Positions 1 through 14,714 of a stretch of 64,000 nt of DNA are shown one piece after another. The translations under genes and the position numbers were made by a program. The stretch comes from Octopus vulgaris (taxonomy: Eukaryota). The notes under the pieces are model-generated. The model saw nothing but the letters and a program-made list of their open reading frames with translations. It ran no database searches and had not been told where the DNA came from. The DNA is taken from NCBI GenBank assembly GCA_951406725.2, contig OX597814.1, forward strand, positions 52,204,001 through 52,268,000. Direction: 5' to 3'. Numbering within the stretch: position 1 is the first letter of the stretch; the number at the start of each line of letters is the position of its first letter.

Positions 1-1254
1 TTACAGGAGTTCTAATATTTAAGCCTAAGATGATGATTGATTTTGTATTCAAGGAATATTTGATGTCCAAACATGTCTACAATGTAAACTTTTGAGCCAT
101 TTTGTTGGCAGCTTATCTGAATAGTTGTAGACAATTTCTGAGGTTGGTTACTAACAAGTTTGTTTTCTCTTTCAAAAGGTAGCCAACAACCAGTTTCTCA
201 AATTAGTTATTAAAAAATATTCAATTAGAAGATTCAACAATTGCACCCTAAATGTGCAGCATGATATTATCATTGTTTAACATTTATATTTTAACCTTTT
301 CATCATTAATCCACCCAATACCATCCAAATTTTTCCATAGTTTTAGATCATTAATACATGTATTTAGCTATATGTCAGATGTAGAGTCAGATATTTCAAT
401 TTCTTACTGAGGTAATTCCAATACAAGTAAATGAAAGCAAGAATGAATTTATTCTAGAAACACAATGGAAATTTTAAAAGTATTTCTCTTCAAAACTTTT
501 CAGCCCAATCAATCTAAGCCCAATCAATCTTTCTGATGACTTAAAGCCAAACAACTATAATAATGAAATTATTGTGTATATGCCTACCAAAAATTTCCAA
601 TCAATGACTACAAATACAAAGAGTTAAAAAGGATATAAATGAAGGAAAATGGTAGAACATAGTCACAAACATGGTTGGACAAGATTCAAACAGTATTTAA
701 AAATATGATCTTTAAGAAGCTGCCAGAGATTACCAAACACTGAAGCACAGATGAATCCTTCAACGATATCAATATTTCCAAGATCATAACCACAACGAGG
801 TTTTCAACTTCTATCAATATACCTGTACATGGGGAAGAACAAAGAACATTATATTTCCATATTTAAAATAAGGGTTCCATGTAGAGAATTCTAGTCTTCC
901 ACAAGATACAGCTGTCTTAAAAAAATTTAATAAAAGCTTATGAAATAAATGCTATTCACAATTTTCAAAAAAACATATATGTAATTAAATTCTTTTAACT
1001 AAAAACTGTCTTAAAATTAAAATGGTAGGGGCTGTCCATAAAATGTGAATATGGGTACGATGATTTCCAGAAAGAAAATCATATAATGGGTTCCATACCA
1101 AAACAAGTTTGGGAACTGATGACCTAGGGTACTATGTGATTGAGAAATTATCACCAAGTCAAACTTGGAGCAGACCTAAAAGCTGTGATTGCAGCTGGAA
1201 AAAGACTGACATTGGATGGATTACATGACTCCAGTGCTCAACTGGTACTTACGT

Positions 1255-1828
1255 TATCAACACCAGTCTGGAACCCCTATCTTGCCCAGGATATTAATCG
1301 TCTGGAAGCTGTTCAGCAACATGCATCCAAGAGAATACCCTCCATCAGGCATTTGCCATATTCTGAATGACTTACTTCCCTGGGCATGGATACATTGAAA
1401 CTCCGACATCTGGCAGCTGACTTGGCAGACACCCATAAAATTAATAACCATCTTACAAACAATAACTCTGAGCACCTTTTCAAACTCCATCTATCTAACA
1501 CCCGCGGACAGGTTTACAAAGTCAGAAAACAGCACAGCTCCCATGACTTTCGGAAACATTTTTTCACGCTAAGAGTTGCTGAAGTATGGAATAAACTGCT
1601 GGCACCAGTTGTTAGTTGTTGGAGCACTGCATCCTTCAAAACTTCCATGCTTCCTGAGATTCACCAACACTACACCTGATTTTCTCCCCTCCATACACAT
1701 GCAAGCATGTATCTGACTCATACATTGTTCACTTTCCAGACATTTGTACATTACTGCATATGCTTTATGTGCACTTTTGACAAGTTGTGGTGCACCTGAG
1801 CACTGTATACAATAATTTCATTATTATA
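1255..1828 (+). mobile_element. CR1-clade LINE 3' end, degenerate
   Basis: Encodes PVWNPYLAQDINRLEAVQ...LPYSE*L..LGMDTLKLR...TRG..YKV...RKHFFTLRVAEVWNKL, a typical CR1 ORF2 C-terminus, followed by a 3'UTR ending in (ATT)n. Confidence 0.85.
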
Positions 1829-2014
1829 AAAGAGTAAAACACAAAGTTGACCTCAGCAGAAAACCCTACAAAAATGCTCATGTCATCTAGAAACAGTTTC
1901 ATGGTTTGGGATGCATCAGGCACCTTACAAAACTAGTTAATGTCAAAAAGGTGCAATGGTTTTAAGTCAGTTATATTTATTGAGAATTTCTTGTTGCTGA
2001 ATAACTCAATGTGT

Positions 2015-2046
<32 letters not shown>

Positions 2047-2499
2047 GGTGATGTAAACAGGAAAAATAGAACTCAAAATATGAGCATATGTATATTTTTA
2101 TAAATATTTAGCGAAAGCAACAGACTGACTCAAGGGCTGAGAGTTTTGTGCATTTGATAAATACCAACTACATACAAAGAAGAAAGAAAATCGATTTTCT
2201 ATCTACTTGCACTCAACCACATCTGAATGAAAATGGTACAAAGGCGACAGTGGTAGGATGAATATGATGATGAGATATGACTTGGTTAGTAGACAGATAA
2301 TTTGGTGGTGTTAGTGTTATCTGCTTTTATATATGGTAAATGGGTGAACTGCAAATAAATTTTAATTATCCACCAAATATCAGGGGGCTAAACAAGCAAA
2401 ATAACAATCTACTGTTCTGTGTAATGTAATACAATTGGGGAAAGATAACATATTTAAAGATAAAATGTGTCTGGCCTGAGTTGTTTTTTTTTTTTGGGG

Positions 2500-2895
2500 G
2501 GGGGGGTCAATTACATCAACCTCAGTGTTGAACTGGTGTTTATTTCACCAGCCCCAAAAGAATGCAAGGTAGAGTCGACCTCAGTGGAATTTGAACTCGG
2601 AATGTAATGACAGACAAAATGCTGCTAAACATTTTGTCAAGTATACTAACAATTCCCCCAACTAACCTTCTTAAATAATAATCCTTACAACTATAAACAC
2701 AAAGCCTGAAATGTTGGGGAACTGGGAGCTAGTTGGTTACACTGACCCCAGTGCTCAACTGGTACTTATGTTATCAACACCAAAAGAGTAAAAAACAAAG
2801 TTGACCTCAGCAGAATTTGAACTCAGAAAAGACAGATAAAATGCTAAACATTTTCTCAAGATGCTAATGATTCCACCAGCTAACCATCTTAACTG
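2500..2895 (-). mobile_element. Two adjacent degenerate copies of SINE family D
   Basis: Both resemble the 49962-50191 element (ccccagtg..caactggtactt..atc.acccc.aaag....aa.gcaaagt.gacctc.gc.gaatttgaactc). Confidence 0.7.
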
Positions 2896-3654
2896 ATGGT
2901 CACAAGAAACTATGCCAGGATTGCTAATGTCAGGAGAGGAAAGCTGCCACAAGACAGTCAATTAAAATGACTTCCAAGCATGTCTTCTGCAACAAATGCA
3001 GAGAAATTCATTAGTTTATGTATAATTTAATATCATAAAATAATTTCCAAGTTTACTCAGTATTCAATTTTTTTTAATGTAATTTTAGTCAACCCCCACT
3101 GGGTGGGTATGCGTATTAATGTATTTTCTTTTTGTTTCATTTTGTAGTTTTCTTCAGATATTTTGATTAATTCCAAAGGACGGGCATCCGGCCATAGAAA
3201 CCATGGACAATGAATGCTAAATGATGATTTCATGCTATTTTAACATTATAGGATGTCTGTTTTTTATGCACTCATGTTCAAATAAAATCTAATTCTATTA
3301 TAAATCACTTCTAAAATATTGGCTAACAGCTTTACATAGTGATATATAGGATAAAATTTCATTTTATATTTTGCAAAACTGACCTGCAATTAAAATAGTT
3401 TTGAGGTAAGAATTCTGCTGTAGATTAATGTTCTGTTCAAAATACCACATCCGTATGTCAAACAAAAAAGTTATAATTGTTTATGAAACCAGTCTATTAT
3501 TTTTGAATTTAACATATAGAGGTGTATTTTAATTAAAAATATGGTAATGAGAGGGTTCAATTCATTAATTGTAAGTAATCCTCTTATGAAAACAAACCTT
3601 TTTTTTTTTTTTCATTACCTACAAATAGTGAAACAACTTATTACATCCAATCTA

Positions 3655-3864
3655 CAGCAAACCCTCGACTATCATGGGTGTTACATTCCAAAACTACCCC
3701 ACGATAGCTGAAAGTAGAAACAGTACTGTATATTTTTTTTAATTATTCTTATAATTTGTATATATTTATTTTATTATAAATGCAAAACACCACCACAGAG
3801 GAATCGACACAGGCTTAAATAATAAACCACAATAGGTGAACCATGACATGGTGAAGGATTACTG
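3655..3864. mobile_element. Tigger/pogo-type MITE
   Basis: Imperfect TIRs CAGCAAACCCTCGACTATCATGG and revcomp CAGTAATCCTTCACCATGTCATGG, flanked by TA on both sides. Confidence 0.7.
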
Positions 3865-4140
3865 TATTAACTAGTTAATTTGCACTAACACTAGTTTTAA
3901 AACAAAAGATGACCAGATAGACAAGATAATGAAGAGATGATAATATAATTACACAGTAAGAAATTTAAATAATGTCAATATTCTAAAAAAAAAAAAATTG
4001 ATTGTGATGTGGCCATTAAAATTAAGATATGTGCTTTGGAATCAAATTGAAAATGGGTAAAACTATAAGCATTAATTTAATTGCAAGTGCATTGTCACTA
4101 AAAATCCTGTCTCACTTCACATGCCTTATATACACATATA

Positions 4141-4701
4141 CAGGGTGTCCCACAAAAATGTACTCACATTTCGACTCCCCATAACTCACTAGATTTTTCA
4201 TTTCTTTTCAGATCAAACTGATCCTAATAATGGCAGAAGTACGACAAAGATTTGAAGAAAATTTATCAAAAGGTGTGACTTGAAAGCATGAAAACATCAT
4301 GAAAGTGCCAAGACAATTTGAAGTCATTTTCACAAAGATCTACTAATGTGATGCAACATTGCTCACATCTAAGATAAGTTCGAATCAGATGGAGCTGTGC
4401 AGGATTCCATAAGGAGTAGTCAAGAAAGGAATTTCCATAAAGGAAAAAGAATTGCTGGAAACCCTTCACTGTTTCCCACAGAAATTTGTATGACAAATGA
4501 CTCATGAGAGAGGAATCCCCAAATCAAGCACCCGTCACATTTTGAAATGAGTTCATTGGAAATGTTACATGTGAACATTAATCCATGCTCTAAATGAAGA
4601 TGATTTATCCATTTATGCATGTAACCATCGACCTTGTTTCTAAGACAACCAACAAAGCATTTATTGTCATTTAAAAAGTACATTTTTTTGGAGACACCCT
4701 G
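4141..4701. mobile_element. Internally deleted Tc1/mariner element
   Basis: TIRs CAGGGTGTCCCACAAAAATGTACT and revcomp CAGGGTGTCTCCAAAAAAATGTACT; TA at the left flank. Confidence 0.75.
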
Positions 4702-4869
4702 TCTATATACACACACACACAGAATGCATTATTTTTTTCTTTAGGTAATTTGTATGAATTCAGAAAAAAATACATAATTCAAAGAAAAGCTGTCTTTGAA
4801 AACAAATTAATACAAATAATCTTGAGAATCCTTTTACCACACCTATTTAATGAACTGTTAGCATCAATG

Positions 4870-5800
4870 TTTGCTTCAATACAGGTTTGGAAGAGCTGTC
4901 ATGCCTGAATCAGATGGTCTTTATCCATTTTGGACATAATGCTAGTTATGGTGGACTTGAAAGAGTGTATGGTGTAGAGTGATTTGAAAGATTGTATGGT
5001 GTAGAGTGAGATATGGTGGGGTAGTAGGTCAGGTGTCTGAGAGAACATGATCACAGAGATTGGCATGCATCCATACTCGAGTTGTCCTATCCCTTCTTGT
5101 TGGAAGATGTATGGCCTTCCATTGCATACTGTCTATCAAGAGCCACACAACTTTCTCGAACATCTGTGTAGAAAATGGCACTGACACTTAAGCCCAGAGA
5201 AAAAAAAGTGAGGAGGTATGACATCTCCCTTGCAGATGACTATCACAGTTGCTGAGAACTTGGTATGCATGACCGTTAGAACCTCAGTCAGGTCTCATTT
5301 GGTTTACCTTTTGGTCTTGATCAAAGTTTTTCTCATCAGAGAAAAACCAAAGCATTCCAACCTCTTGGTGTTTTAACTTGTTTAGCCAGTGTTTTGCAAG
5401 GATCAAATGATTATCTCTCGTCACATCCAAAATAAACTGGCCCCTTTGCATCACATATTACTTGTACAAATATTCTAATGGTGCATTCTGCACAACTCAT
5501 CTAATGGTGCATTCTGAAACCTTGAGGTACTTCACAATGGCTCTGATTGAATTTCCAGGATTTTATCAACTATTTCTAGGACTTTTAGCACAAAGTTATG
5601 TGTTCTGATGGTATTTGAACCCAGTGAATGCATTTTGTGTTTAGCTGCCTATGTTGAATCCAATCAGCAGCTGCCAGGTCCTTTTGAACATGAACAAAGG
5701 ATCAGGCAACTTTCAGAAAGCAAGCAATCTCTTACACTATGCTATGAAGATGATTACAACCAGCCTTTTCATTTGCTGAATCAACTTGATATCTGACACT
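4870..5800 (-). mobile_element. Degenerate Tc1/mariner-superfamily transposase
   Basis: Broken frames read FFSDEKNFDQDQKVN, MHTKFSATVIV..GDVIPPHFF and CNGRPYIFQQ (DDE/D-domain motifs). Boundaries are approximate. Confidence 0.7.
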
Positions 5801-6359
5801 ATTTATCTGAAAAGTGAGGTAAAAAGAAAGCTAGTTAGAAGAAAGAGTGCTTGAAAGAAGTGTACTCAGAAAAACCTGACACATCCTCTCTCTCTCTCTG
5901 TGCATGTGTGTGCACGCACACACACAATCAGTTTGCTCTAAAACAGAAAGCTCAGAGTAAACCTTCTGTTTTTAATAGGAGTTACACTAGAAACATATTT
6001 GCAGTAGTATAGCCTGGCACAAATCCAAATTATATGTCATCCAGATTTACCTTATCCTATATTAATAATAATTCTAAGAACTCATTAGGGATAGTAACAT
6101 CTTGTAGAAGCCTGCTAGCAATCTTAGTTGTTAACCCAATTATGATTCAAAAGTGTTACTAAATTTATTTACTTAATTTGCTTTATCATTCTCAATTTGA
6201 TCAACTCTACTGGCTGGCTCCACATTTACTAATCATTTTCACTTTCTCTCTCCCACTTTCCCTTACTAAATATGAGTTACCATGCAAATCTCTTTACAAG
6301 CACCTGTTCTACAAGCTGCCCACCTCATAGTAATCCCCTCATCCTCGAACAAGAAACTG

Positions 6360-7060
6360 ACTTCCTGCAACCAGGGTTTGTTGACTTGTAAACTGCATGG
6401 CGACCTCAATAGTGCAGGTGACACAAGAAAAGCACTCAGTTCATGTTGTAAAGTGCTTGGTATAAGAAAGGACATCCAGCCATAAAAATCATGCCAAAGC
6501 AGGCATTGGAGCATGATGGAGTCTTTGGAAACATTGAATCCTGTCAAACCATTCAACCCACGCCAGCATGGAACATGGATGTTAATGATGACAAGAAGAA
6601 CATCCAACTTTTTTTCATAGGCTACTGAGAGCACTATTCTAAGCTCAACTTGATCTCTACTATAAATTCAACTGATCAGTGCAATGGTCACTAAACTGTT
6701 TATATGAACAAAAAGGGTTCACAAAATTTTTTCAGGGTTATTAAGGCAAAGGGGGAGTGATTCTAATAATGTTTGTCAGTAAAGTTTGATAGGAGCCACA
6801 TGCCAGAACCATGTAACAAGCGCCCATGCCAGAGCTATGTAAGAAATGCTCATGCCAGAGTCATGTAAGATCCATGTAAGTGCCTGTGCCAGATCCACGT
6901 AAGAAGCACCCAGAACATTCTGTAAAGTGATTAGCATTAAAAAGAGCATCCAGCCATAGAAACCAGGCCAAATCAGACTGGAACCAAGTTTGGCTCTCCA
7001 ACTCTAGTCAAAAAATCCAACTCCTGCCAGCATGGAAATCAGACATTAAATGATGATGAC
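6360..7060 (+). mobile_element. Two degenerate copies of repeat family B (RTE 3'-tail or derived SINE)
   Basis: Each has a (G)GAAGGGCATCCAGC-like motif and CAACCCATGCCAGCATGGAA..GACATTAAATGATGATG tail, as in the RTE 3' ends at 49180-49420 and 61350-61810. Confidence 0.7.
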
Positions 7061-8581
7061 TTATGCCTTCCTGAAGTTTGTTTTGCATTCTACTATTCTT
7101 CAGCCACAGTAATTGTGCACACCTGCATACTTGACCATTTCTATAATCCTCTTTGTTTTAGTTATAAGCTTCCTGACTGAAACATTTCACTGTCTACTTT
7201 CTGTAATTTGTTCTATTTGTAGTTAATTCTACCATTTCTGTTTGAAATTACATACCTCTCACTTTCTGAATGTTTATATTTCAAAAAATATAGCTGTATA
7301 TATATATATCAGTGGGTTTTATTTTAAATACATATAATACAGCCATAAAATGTGTAATCAACACAATAAGAAATGAAAATAAGAATAATGGAGATTATTA
7401 TACTGACAAATTTTTCCAGAAAAATCTTCAAACAATATTTCATTCATATAAGAGCTAACTGAAACAAGTCGCACCAAAACTAACTCCAGCATTTTGCTTA
7501 TTCTTAACATATAGCTCACTCAGTTCAACGTTTTTTGGGGGGGTTTTTTTGCTTCTTTTTTCTTTAACTACTGTTACATTAGCCAAAGAAAATACTCAAA
7601 ATATGTTTGATTAACAAGCTATTACTTTTGGTTGGTCTTTTTCTACATAGGCACACAATAAAAATATTAGTTTTTTTTTTAAAATGGGGGGAAAATATTG
7701 GTTTTTTAAAAAAAATGGGGGATAATACTGATCTGGAATCCAGTTTCTATGTTTTCTTCATTGTTCAAATTCAATATTTACATAAACAGCTCATTCCATA
7801 CATTCAGCGTTTCAAGTAACTATATTTCATTTTGTAACCATATTTCTAACAAATACACTTCTTATATTTTTAATTAATTTCAAAAATGTTTAATGAATAT
7901 TTAAAAAAACAACTAAGATTGTTTTTACTAAACAGGTATTTGCAATGTAACACAAGGGTCTTATATAAAACTATCATAGGAAATTGTAATTTTGCTTAGA
8001 CCACAAAAAGGTAAAGGAGTGTAAATAAGTACCTCCCTATTAACCATGGATGTGAGCTTAACTTAAATTATTAACCCCTTAATTATCAAGCTTATTTGTG
8101 GGTAGAAATTAGTTTGTGAAGATATACGATGAAACTCATATGAATTTAGTCGAGAGGAAAACTTGTTATAGTAAACACAATAATAAAAAAAACTTTACCC
8201 ACCCAACTGGTCAAGTGAATTATTTACAATGTTAATTTTAAAGCAGTTTCTCTTTGGATGTAAAAAAAGCATTATTATGACTATCTAGAACCGGTTTTGT
8301 TTGTAAACTTAGCTCACGTTTTTTTGTTTTTCCTGGGAAAAGACTACTTATGTACTCCCACTAAACTATGGTCTAAAACAATTATTTATACAGGACAAAT
8401 TCACTTCCTTCTACTTTATGCACGTGCAATACATAGGACAGTATTCAAAAGCAATTTCAAGTGATAACAAAATGTCTTAATTAGAAACACGATGGAAATT
8501 AAAAATAACTCTTGATAAATAATCAAAGCCAGGTAAAATATCAAGTTCACAAGTAAACAGTTTCCTTTGATAAATTCTCAC

Positions 8582-8628
8582 CTGGTTGGAAGGTACAATC
8601 CAGTGCAAAAGCTGCCAAAAATTTCCAC
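8582..8628 (-). CDS. TENT4B: TENT4/PAPD5 coding exon 3 (47 nt), nucleotidyltransferase GS motif
   Basis: Acceptor ttttcattctag| and donor AG|gtgaga; phase 0 joins exon 2. Encodes VEIFGSFCTGLYLPT(S), the hGS motif that precedes the catalytic DxD of Pol-beta-family NTases. This frame is not in the ORF track. Confidence 0.93.
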
Positions 8629-9132
8629 CTAGAATGAAAATAAATAATTTAAATAAAAATATTATTTTTTTATAATCATAAAACAAAAAATTGAAATTTA
8701 AACCAATATTCTTACAGGATGAAATACTGATATACTTGCAGTAAATAAATTGTTTGGAGTTTTAAGAGAAACAAATCAAAACTATATGGCAGTCACCATC
8801 AATACTACAAATGCTAGTAAATAATATTTTAGACTCATAACAGGATATTTAATTTGTCATGTATACGTTCATAATAAAATACAGAAATATACAACTAAAA
8901 TATTTCAGTAAAGTTAATGGGAACTATGTCTTTAAAATAGCTACTCAATGTTGAAAATTAAATTTCTTTCTTCCAAAAAGAAAAAGTATTACTCAAAAAC
9001 AAGCAGGAAGTTTCTCAAAGTTTTCAGTCATGAAAATAAATCTAGAAAGTAAAAATTATTACAATAGCCCTTTGTAGATAAATGCTTTGCTGTTAGCCCA
9101 ACCCTGACTAGTGAGTATACTGTGCTCTATAT

Positions 9133-9373
9133 CAGAGGTTCCCATCCAATGGGTTGCAGACCAGTACTGGGCCATGGATCATTTGATACCAAGTCACATT
9201 TAAATCTTATTTCTATTTTATTGATTATCACAGTCTGTAGGGTGTTTTTGCATTATATATATTATATATATGTAATAATAAAATTATATATCATGCACGT
9301 GATCCCCTAGTTTGTGGGAAAATTTGTCTTACATAAAACCAGTCTGCAGTGCAAAAAAGGTTGAAAACCCCTG
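9133..9373. mobile_element. hAT (Charlie-like) MITE
   Basis: TIRs CAGAGGTTCCCA and revcomp CAGGGGTTTTCA; 8-bp TSD ctctatat (9125-9132) / ctctacat (9374-9381). Confidence 0.8.
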
Positions 9374-9419
9374 CTCTACATGAATATAAAACTAGGCTTG
9401 ACTCAATCTGCCCAGCTAA

Positions 9420-9805
9420 CATGGTGGCATGCAATAAGCACCATTCATGCAAGCATCATTTCCAGTGCCGCCTGACTAGTTCCCCATGCTGGTAGTACAT
9501 AAAAAGCTGCCATCTGGACATAGTCAATGCCAGCCCCCACTCCAACCTGCTCCTGTGCTGGTAGCACATAAAAAGCACCATCCAAACGTGTCCAATATCA
9601 GTGTCGCCTGACTGGCTCCAATGCCGGTGGCACGTAAAAAGCACCCACTACACTCTTGGAGTGGTTGGTGTTAGGAAGGACATCCAGATCTAGAAACATT
9701 ACCAGATCGGATTGGAGCCTGGTGCAGCCTCCTGGCTTGCCAGTCCCCAGTCAAACCGTCAAACCCATGCCAGCATGGAAAATGGACATTAAATGACGAT
9801 GATGG
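9420..9805 (+). mobile_element. Repeat family B (RTE 3'UTR/tail)
   Basis: Internal repeats of GGCACGTAAAAAGCACC-type units, GTTAGGAAGGACATCCAG and a GATGATG tail. Confidence 0.8.
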
Positions 9806-10339
9806 AGACCACTGGTGGAGATGAATCAGCCATGACCAAGAAACAAATAAAATTTCTCATTGATCAAACATTGTCAATACAACCAAGTTAATCCTATAGG
9901 CTCATGGTGTAATAAATGACAATTCCTGTAAATCAAAGAGAGCTATCTCTAAGCAGTTCAAGGTGAAAGAATGCACTATCAGATGTGTAGTACATGAGGA
10001 CATCAAGTATGAGCCCTACATGATAGGAGAGGGAAGTTCATATTCTGTAAGGCTAGGAAAACCATGTGATCATGTGACTCAACATCATATGGTTTCCTGG
10101 CTCTCCCAATTTGAACACCGCAAAACTGCTGTGTCAGGGTTGCAGGGATTCATGAACTGATTGCGGCCTGCCATTGTGAGCATGGTTGCCAGCATGGGAT
10201 AGGAGACATCTGACATAATATACAGTTACTTCTATGGCCACATCAGCATGGTCACTGCAGTTACAGGCATTTTTGTTGAATGGCATGTTTCTTTGTTATA
10301 TCTAGTTGAACACAGACTATTTTTCTTCAAGAATTTGTT

Positions 10340-11016
<677 letters not shown>

Positions 11017-13399
11017 TCATAAGAATATATCAAACAAATTATAATTCCTTAGGCATCACAGCTAAATTTTAATTTCCAATAAGAAAATGAACTGAAACCT
11101 TACATGTGACTCGACTCATCATCAAAACAGTAGAAGCTTCCATTGTAATTGTTTTATTGACTTCAAAATTAAAAACTAGTTATTTAGAGTTTTTAACCTG
11201 AAAATACATCTAACTGAGCCATCTATTCTACAAGAAAATTTCAGATATCTCCCTCAAATCATATCCAGCCATATCTTTACAAAGTAGGACACAATGGACA
11301 GTGAAGTCATAGATATTCAAAAAGACAGGTTGGTTATGGCTTTTCTTTTTACAAAAAAAAAAAAAATCATCATTGATGATAAATCAGCAATGCTTGCTAA
11401 AAGTGCATTTATGAGCCTCTTAACATAAATCATAAACAAATCTAGCTTCATAAAAGATTCAAGGCCATTCATAATGATCTCATTTTGTTAGAAATGTGCC
11501 AAACAGTAGTATACTTCCATGTAAGATACTTATAAATATAGTAGGAAAGGAGTTCATTTTATGATACTTTATATGAGCAACTGCTGAGAGGAAGAGATTT
11601 GAGGGCAATCACAGTGTATGATTTAGTAACTTTATTACTAAAAGAGATTTGGCAAAGATAGGCTATTCTTTTGTGTTCAGAGGTGGAAGCAAAATCAGGA
11701 AGCAGTAGAGATTAATTGAACCCAGGAGACTTTCTCTCAATAGATTTAATAGCAGATAAACTAGATTATGGATATAATGTGTATTCAAACATACAGTGTG
11801 AACTTGTCTTTAGGAAAGTATTTATTCATTTACAAAATTTGATTCTTCTGAAATATATCTATGAAAGGCATGACAGAAGGTGTCTAGTCAAAATATGACT
11901 GATGCAAGCAACAAAAAAAAAAGAAAATAAAAAAATATTGGTGTGCATGAATAACTGCCTCCTTACCCAGAACATGATACACAATTTTGTTTTGTAATAA
12001 AAATTTGTTTAAAAATAAATAATTGGAAAAAATTCTACATTGAATCATATCAATATATATCTTAATAACATTAATTTTAGTTATTTAATTAAACAAAATG
12101 TTAACCCTCAAAATTAAACCATTAAAAAATTTCCCATAGATAGTAAAATTAAGAATAACTACATGAATAAAAAACAAATTTAAAATAAATTTACACATTT
12201 CACATTACAATTTAATTATTAGTAGCATATGAAAAAAAATATGCACATAAAAATAGCTGTTTTCAAGCCATACTGTTACAATAGTTCTTAGCTTATATTA
12301 CCTCATGTGAGTAGTTGTCATAGGGATAAAAGAAAAACATTACATAGTAAGTAGGTGGTTATATTTCACTCCTATGAGTATGATATCAATGTGTAGAGAT
12401 AGAGGGTTAGGATAAACACATTCCAGAACTAGTAATTAAAGAAGTATTGCCTAAAATGGCCAGTTCATCTAGTAGTCTGAAGGTAGGAAGAACAAGAGTA
12501 TAAACAGTGGTTCAGCAACTGGCAGCAGTTAGGTGGGTATAGCTAGACTAAGCAGAAGAGAATTTTTCATGATAGAAGTAAATACATATAACAAATAACA
12601 TAAAAATCATTTTAGGGGTCACTATTGGAAATCTAAAAGATTTCAATAAAACACACACACTAGGCATTGCCCCAAAGAAAATATATATATATATAAATAC
12701 TAGAAACATGATATAGCAAAACATTCTTACAACCTCATTACAACATATGATGTAGTGATTAAACAAGCAGTCGCGAAATCAAAATCCACTTTGCTGACAA
12801 TGCTCTTTAGATGGCATTCTATTTTAACTTTTCAACCAGTAAATAGTCAATAGAAACCTTTAGCACAAAAGTAATAAGCTTTCTCTCTTCCTCCTCCACA
12901 AAAAAACATTGTAATAGCCAACAAGGAAGCCTCTTACACTGTAACTTGATATGCTAGAGACAGCAGCCAACTCTACCTCAAATCATATCCTACCACCTAA
13001 AGAAAGATGCATTCCTAGAAATATCGCATCTGAAAAAGATAAAAATAAAATACCCACAACTGGAATGCCTTTGATCATAGGTCTGTTTGATCATGGTTGA
13101 CCTGATACTAAACAACATAGTAAATGCTTGAAAATACACAACTTATTCAGTTTCATTTATTATTTGAGAATCTCAATAAGCTAAATTAATCTACTGAATC
13201 TATCTTTTCAAAATAAATCTATCTTTTACCAACAAATATATGAAGCTATTAATTAATTATGTATCGCAGGTGAAGGCTTGAAATTAATTAAAATTATACT
13301 GACTAGCAGGAAAACTACCCTAAATGCAGGCTTTGGATAGTCATTATGCTAAGGATACGTACATATAAAGATACTAACACAAACACACACACAAGCATA

Positions 13400-13665
13400 A
13401 TTATCATTAAGAACACTGCTTTGCCAGCACGTGGTTTTGGGTATACACACGTGTATTTTTGTGTCACCCACCTTATCCTTTGACAACTGATATTAATTTG
13501 TTTACATCCCTGTAACTTAGCAGTCGAGCAAAAGAGACTAATAGAATAAGTAACAGGCTTTAAAAAAAAGAAAAAAAACCTAAGGATTGGGGTCAATTTG
13601 TTCAAATAAAATCCTTTAAGGTGCTACTCCAGCATAGCTAGTCTGTAACTAAAACAAGGTAAAAA
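13400..13665 (+). mobile_element. SINE family A, 3' part
   Basis: ttgacaactga...tttacatccctgtaacttagc...gcaaaagagact..tagaataagta...ctccagcat, matching the family A body and tail. Confidence 0.7.
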
Positions 13666-13675
13666 GACCTATATA

Positions 13676-13677
<2 letters not shown>

Positions 13678-13732
<55 letters not shown>
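13678..13732. repeat. (GT)n microsatellite
   Basis: About 27 perfect GT units. Confidence 0.97.
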
Positions 13733-13733
<1 letters not shown>

Positions 13734-14104
13734 ATGCAGCGGGGGCTACAGGTTAAACTTACAAAAACTGCTTTTCATCATCTTCCACCGGTACTTTCCA
13801 TAATTTCAAAGACTGGTGTGTGCATGTATGAGTATTTATTATCTCAAATTAAATTATGCTTGTTGTTAAATAGTTCTAAATCAGTTATGGCTGAAAAACC
13901 AATGCAAAGCAATCTAGTTGTATCTAGGTTATTTGTAACTGTTCAATATAGTCTATATTTAAGAGTGTGACTTGTGAGAGTTTGACTATTATTTTCAGCG
14001 GGTTGAGTGACAATCGAGTTGTTGTGCATGCTTATTAAATTCTATGTCTGATGCTTTTAAAAGTACTTCATGATAAGAACAGTTTTTGCAAAAGCTACAA
14101 AACA

Positions 14105-14510
14105 TCTCTTTTCTCTTTTTCTCTTTTTACTTGTTTCAGTCATTTGACTGCGGCCATGCTGGAGCACCGCCTTTAGTCGAGCAATTCGGCCCCAGGACTT
14201 ATTCTTTGTAAGCCCAGTACTTATTCTATCGGTCTCTTTTGCCGAACCGCTAAGTGACGGGGACGTAAACACACCAGCATCGGTTGTCAAGCAATGCTAG
14301 GGGGACAAACACAGACACACAAACACACACATACATATATATATACATATATACGACAGGCTTCTTTCAGTTTCCGTCTACCAAATCCACTCACAAGGCA
14401 TTGGTCGGCCCGGGGCTATAGCAGAAGACACTTGCCCAAGATGCCACGCAGTGGGACTGAACCCGGAACCATGTGGCTGGTTAGCAAGCTACTTACCACA
14501 CAGCCGTTCC
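14105..14510 (-). mobile_element. SINE family A, young near full-length copy
   Basis: tRNA-like head (GGCTGTGTGGTAAG...GGTTCAGTCCC), CORE-like (C)TTGGGCAAGTG motif, internal TA/TG tract and tail GGCGGTGCTCCAGCATGGCCGCAGTCAAATGACTGAAAC. CpGs are retained. Confidence 0.9.
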
Positions 14511-14683
14511 ATTATGTCATTATATAGATGCCAGTAAATTTAAAACATGTATAAATGTAAAATTATATAAAAACAATAAACCTATATCATTAATTACTTT
14601 TTAATTAGGAATGAGATTTTTCTTCAATTTGTTATTCAACATTTTCTTCTGAATTAGTAAATGTGTGTATATAATATTATATA

Positions 14684-14713
<30 letters not shown>

Positions 14714-14714
<1 letters not shown>

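Noticed and set aside
700-822. Possible TENT4 exon 4 after gttcttccccatgtacag|
   Set aside because: The required phase gives RYIDRS* rather than SDIDLVV. I found no DxD exon in 1-8581, so it probably lies beyond the window.
8477-8686. 69-aa ORF in the track
   Set aside because: It is a shadow frame overlapping the true 47-nt exon, which is read in a different frame.
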